64,000 bases of DNA, from NCBI RefSeq assembly GCF_018350175.1, contig NC_058368.1, positions 82,400,001 through 82,464,000 on the forward strand. Reading direction: 5' to 3'. The notes below the pieces were generated by a model that was given only the letters and a program-made list of their open reading frames with translations, searched no databases and had not been told where the DNA came from. Source of the stretch: Felis catus. Its lineage: Eukaryota. How positions within the stretch are numbered: position 1 is the first letter of the stretch; every line of letters starts with the position of its first letter. Shown in pieces: positions 62,107-64,000 of this stretch. Position numbers and translations under genes: made by a program.

Positions 62107-62202
62107 GGCACGCCCGGCTGGCTCAGTCTGGAGAGCGTGTGACTCGATCTCAGGGTTGTGGGCTCAAGCCCCATGTTGGGTACAGAGATTACTTTTAAGA
62201 AA
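62107..62202 (+). mobile_element. Short tRNA-Lys-derived Can-SINE / tRNA pseudogene
   Basis: gcccggctggctcagtctggagagcgtgtgactcgatctcagggttgtgggctcaagccccatgttggg resembles tRNA-Lys(CTT) with a broken anticodon loop, followed by a gagattactt tail. Confidence 0.8.
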
Positions 62203-63951
62203 TTTTTCCTCATCTGCAAGCAGCATAGACTTCCTGACTCTTGGTGCCTAGTGTGACAGGGAAGTGAGATGGTGGGTGGGAGCCCCTCGGCAGGTCCTAA
62301 CTGACGGCCTGCCTGTGTGCCCTGGCCCTGCTCCAGCCCTGCCGCTGCCACTCCAGACTCCCTCCTGGCCTTAGGAGGGGAGAGAGGAACAACACTCTCT
62401 GTTAGCTGTCTGCTGCTACAGGGGCGACTGCGGTCCAGGCAAGTGGGCCCAGCTCAGGAGAACTGCTGTATAAGTGGCGTTGATGGGGGAGCCTTGGAGC
62501 TGAGGACCACCTGGGAAGGGTGTGGGTGCAGCTGGACAGACAGGGGGGTGTCATGCCCAGGACAGCCAAGTGGGATCTCCTCCGTGACTTGCGGGCCCAG
62601 GGAGGCCCTGAAAGCAAGCATGACCGAGGTAGCCCGATGCACCTGCATTTGGGACAGAGCACCAGCCCTGTAATGTCATTGCCCAGGGACTGCCCAGAGA
62701 CTTGTTCATTTCAGTGCTGTGTTCGTCAGGGCTGGTCCTGCACATACAGACGCCCTGCAAACAGGAACGTCCTGGTTTCAGTCACTGGTCGGTTCAGACC
62801 TGTGCTGGCCTCAGGGTCTGGCCACATCATGACTGGGCCTTTCGCTCTCCTGCATGCAGTAAACGCTTCCTGTGTGAGTGGCTGGGACAGAGCGCTGCCA
62901 GTGCAGGTGACGTCCTCACACCAGGGGCTCGGCAGGCGGGCTCAGCCCTACTCCTGACCGTGTGTGTGCACAGCTCCAGCGGGGAACGTGCTGTGGGATT
63001 CTCAGCCCTTCCGGGCAGGGCAGGGCTCCAAAAAGGCAAAGCGCCAGGCAGACAACATGCAACAGATGACCCTTTTCTAGAAGAAAAGCTTTTTGTGTTG
63101 GAGGTGTAGATAAGTGTACATAATATGGAAGGTTACCTTTTAGGGCGTCTGGAACTGTAACTATTTCAGAAAACATTTTCCTCTCCGGCCGATAAAACAT
63201 TTGCTGGGCAAGTCCTAGAGTTGGCTCAGACGTATGTTTTCACAACGGGAAACGCTGCCGTTACTTTGTGGGGTTTGCTCTGCGCTTCACGGCAGTGACC
63301 GCTCCGTGGGATGACCGTTGATGCACACTTCCTCGGCCTGCCGCCAGCTTCTGATTCTCATCCATTGCCCCACACGACTACGTGTCAAAGAGACATTTTG
63401 CAAAGCCTACTAGAAGATGTTCTCCTTTCCATTTAGTGGCTCAGATAACTTATTCGCTAAGGAACTGAACACACTTCAAATGGATTTGGGGTGGAAGGAA
63501 AGTCAACACAAATAGCAGCCAGAGGCTTCCTTCTGTTTGGGTCCTTCATCAGTGTGGCTGCAGGGAGGCTCCCGGAGGGGCCGGCGTCTGAGGCAGAGCG
63601 GGGACAGCCCCGGGAGATGGCGGTAGGACGCAGGGAGGCGGGGAGGGGGCCCGCGTGGCTGCCAGCTTCTCTTCACCGTGTGCTGTCGTGAGAACGGGAA
63701 CAGTGAGTGCAGACGGAGCTCTCGGCCAAGGGCCTGGGCACAGCGGCCCCACCAGCTGTGTCCGCGACCACTGGCCTCACCGCTGTCACCACAGTGGCCT
63801 GCTGGGCCCGCTCATTAGCAGTGGTAGCTTTCGAGATTTGGTTACTGTGACAATAAAGGCGAACAATGGTGAAGGTAGCGCAACGCCAGGTTTCCAGAGG
63901 GAGCCTCAGTCTCTGGCTCTGAAGGAAACCCTTTTGGAAACTTAATGTGCA

Positions 63952-64000
63952 GGGGCGCCTGGATGGCTCAGTCGGTTGAGTGTCTGGCTTCGGCTCAGGT
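63952..64000 (+). mobile_element. Can-SINE 5' end, cut by window edge
   Basis: ggggcgcctggatggctcagtcggttgagtgtctggcttcggctcaggt. Confidence 0.88.

Noticed and set aside
62112..62182. Apparent tRNA-Lys gene
   Set aside because: Anticodon loop disrupted, T-loop/B box mutated (ggctcaag) and SINE-type tail present; treated as a SINE or pseudogene.

Overview
GC-rich mammalian genomic DNA, almost certainly from a felid given the many feliform-type Can-SINEs. It carries two convergent protein-coding genes. (1) The 3' part of TMEM255B is on the + strand: five coding exons (human-equivalent exons 5-9, 3873-14821) ending in a PPPY motif. (2) The complete 15-exon GAS6 gene is on the - strand (ATG 55178, stop 22208, AATAAA 21914-21919). 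I spliced it by hand at canonical GT-AG sites to a 2025-nt CDS encoding 674 aa: signal/propeptide, Gla, loop, 4 EGF and 2 laminin-G domains. The rest is intronic or intergenic: a CpG island at the GAS6 5' end, 12 Can-SINE copies, old L1, MLT2 and MER elements, and many mini- and microsatellites. Almost all entries in the ORF track are GC-rich or repeat-derived noise. I see no new protein-coding system. The best leads are regulatory: an ATG-TGA start-stop plus an in-frame 19-codon uORF in the GAS6 leader, a CPE/Pumilio/AAUAAA arrangement in the GAS6 3' UTR, a 28-bp intronic VNTR built from paired nuclear-receptor half-sites, and inverted SINE pairs. Human comparisons and repeat-family names are from memory and need database confirmation.
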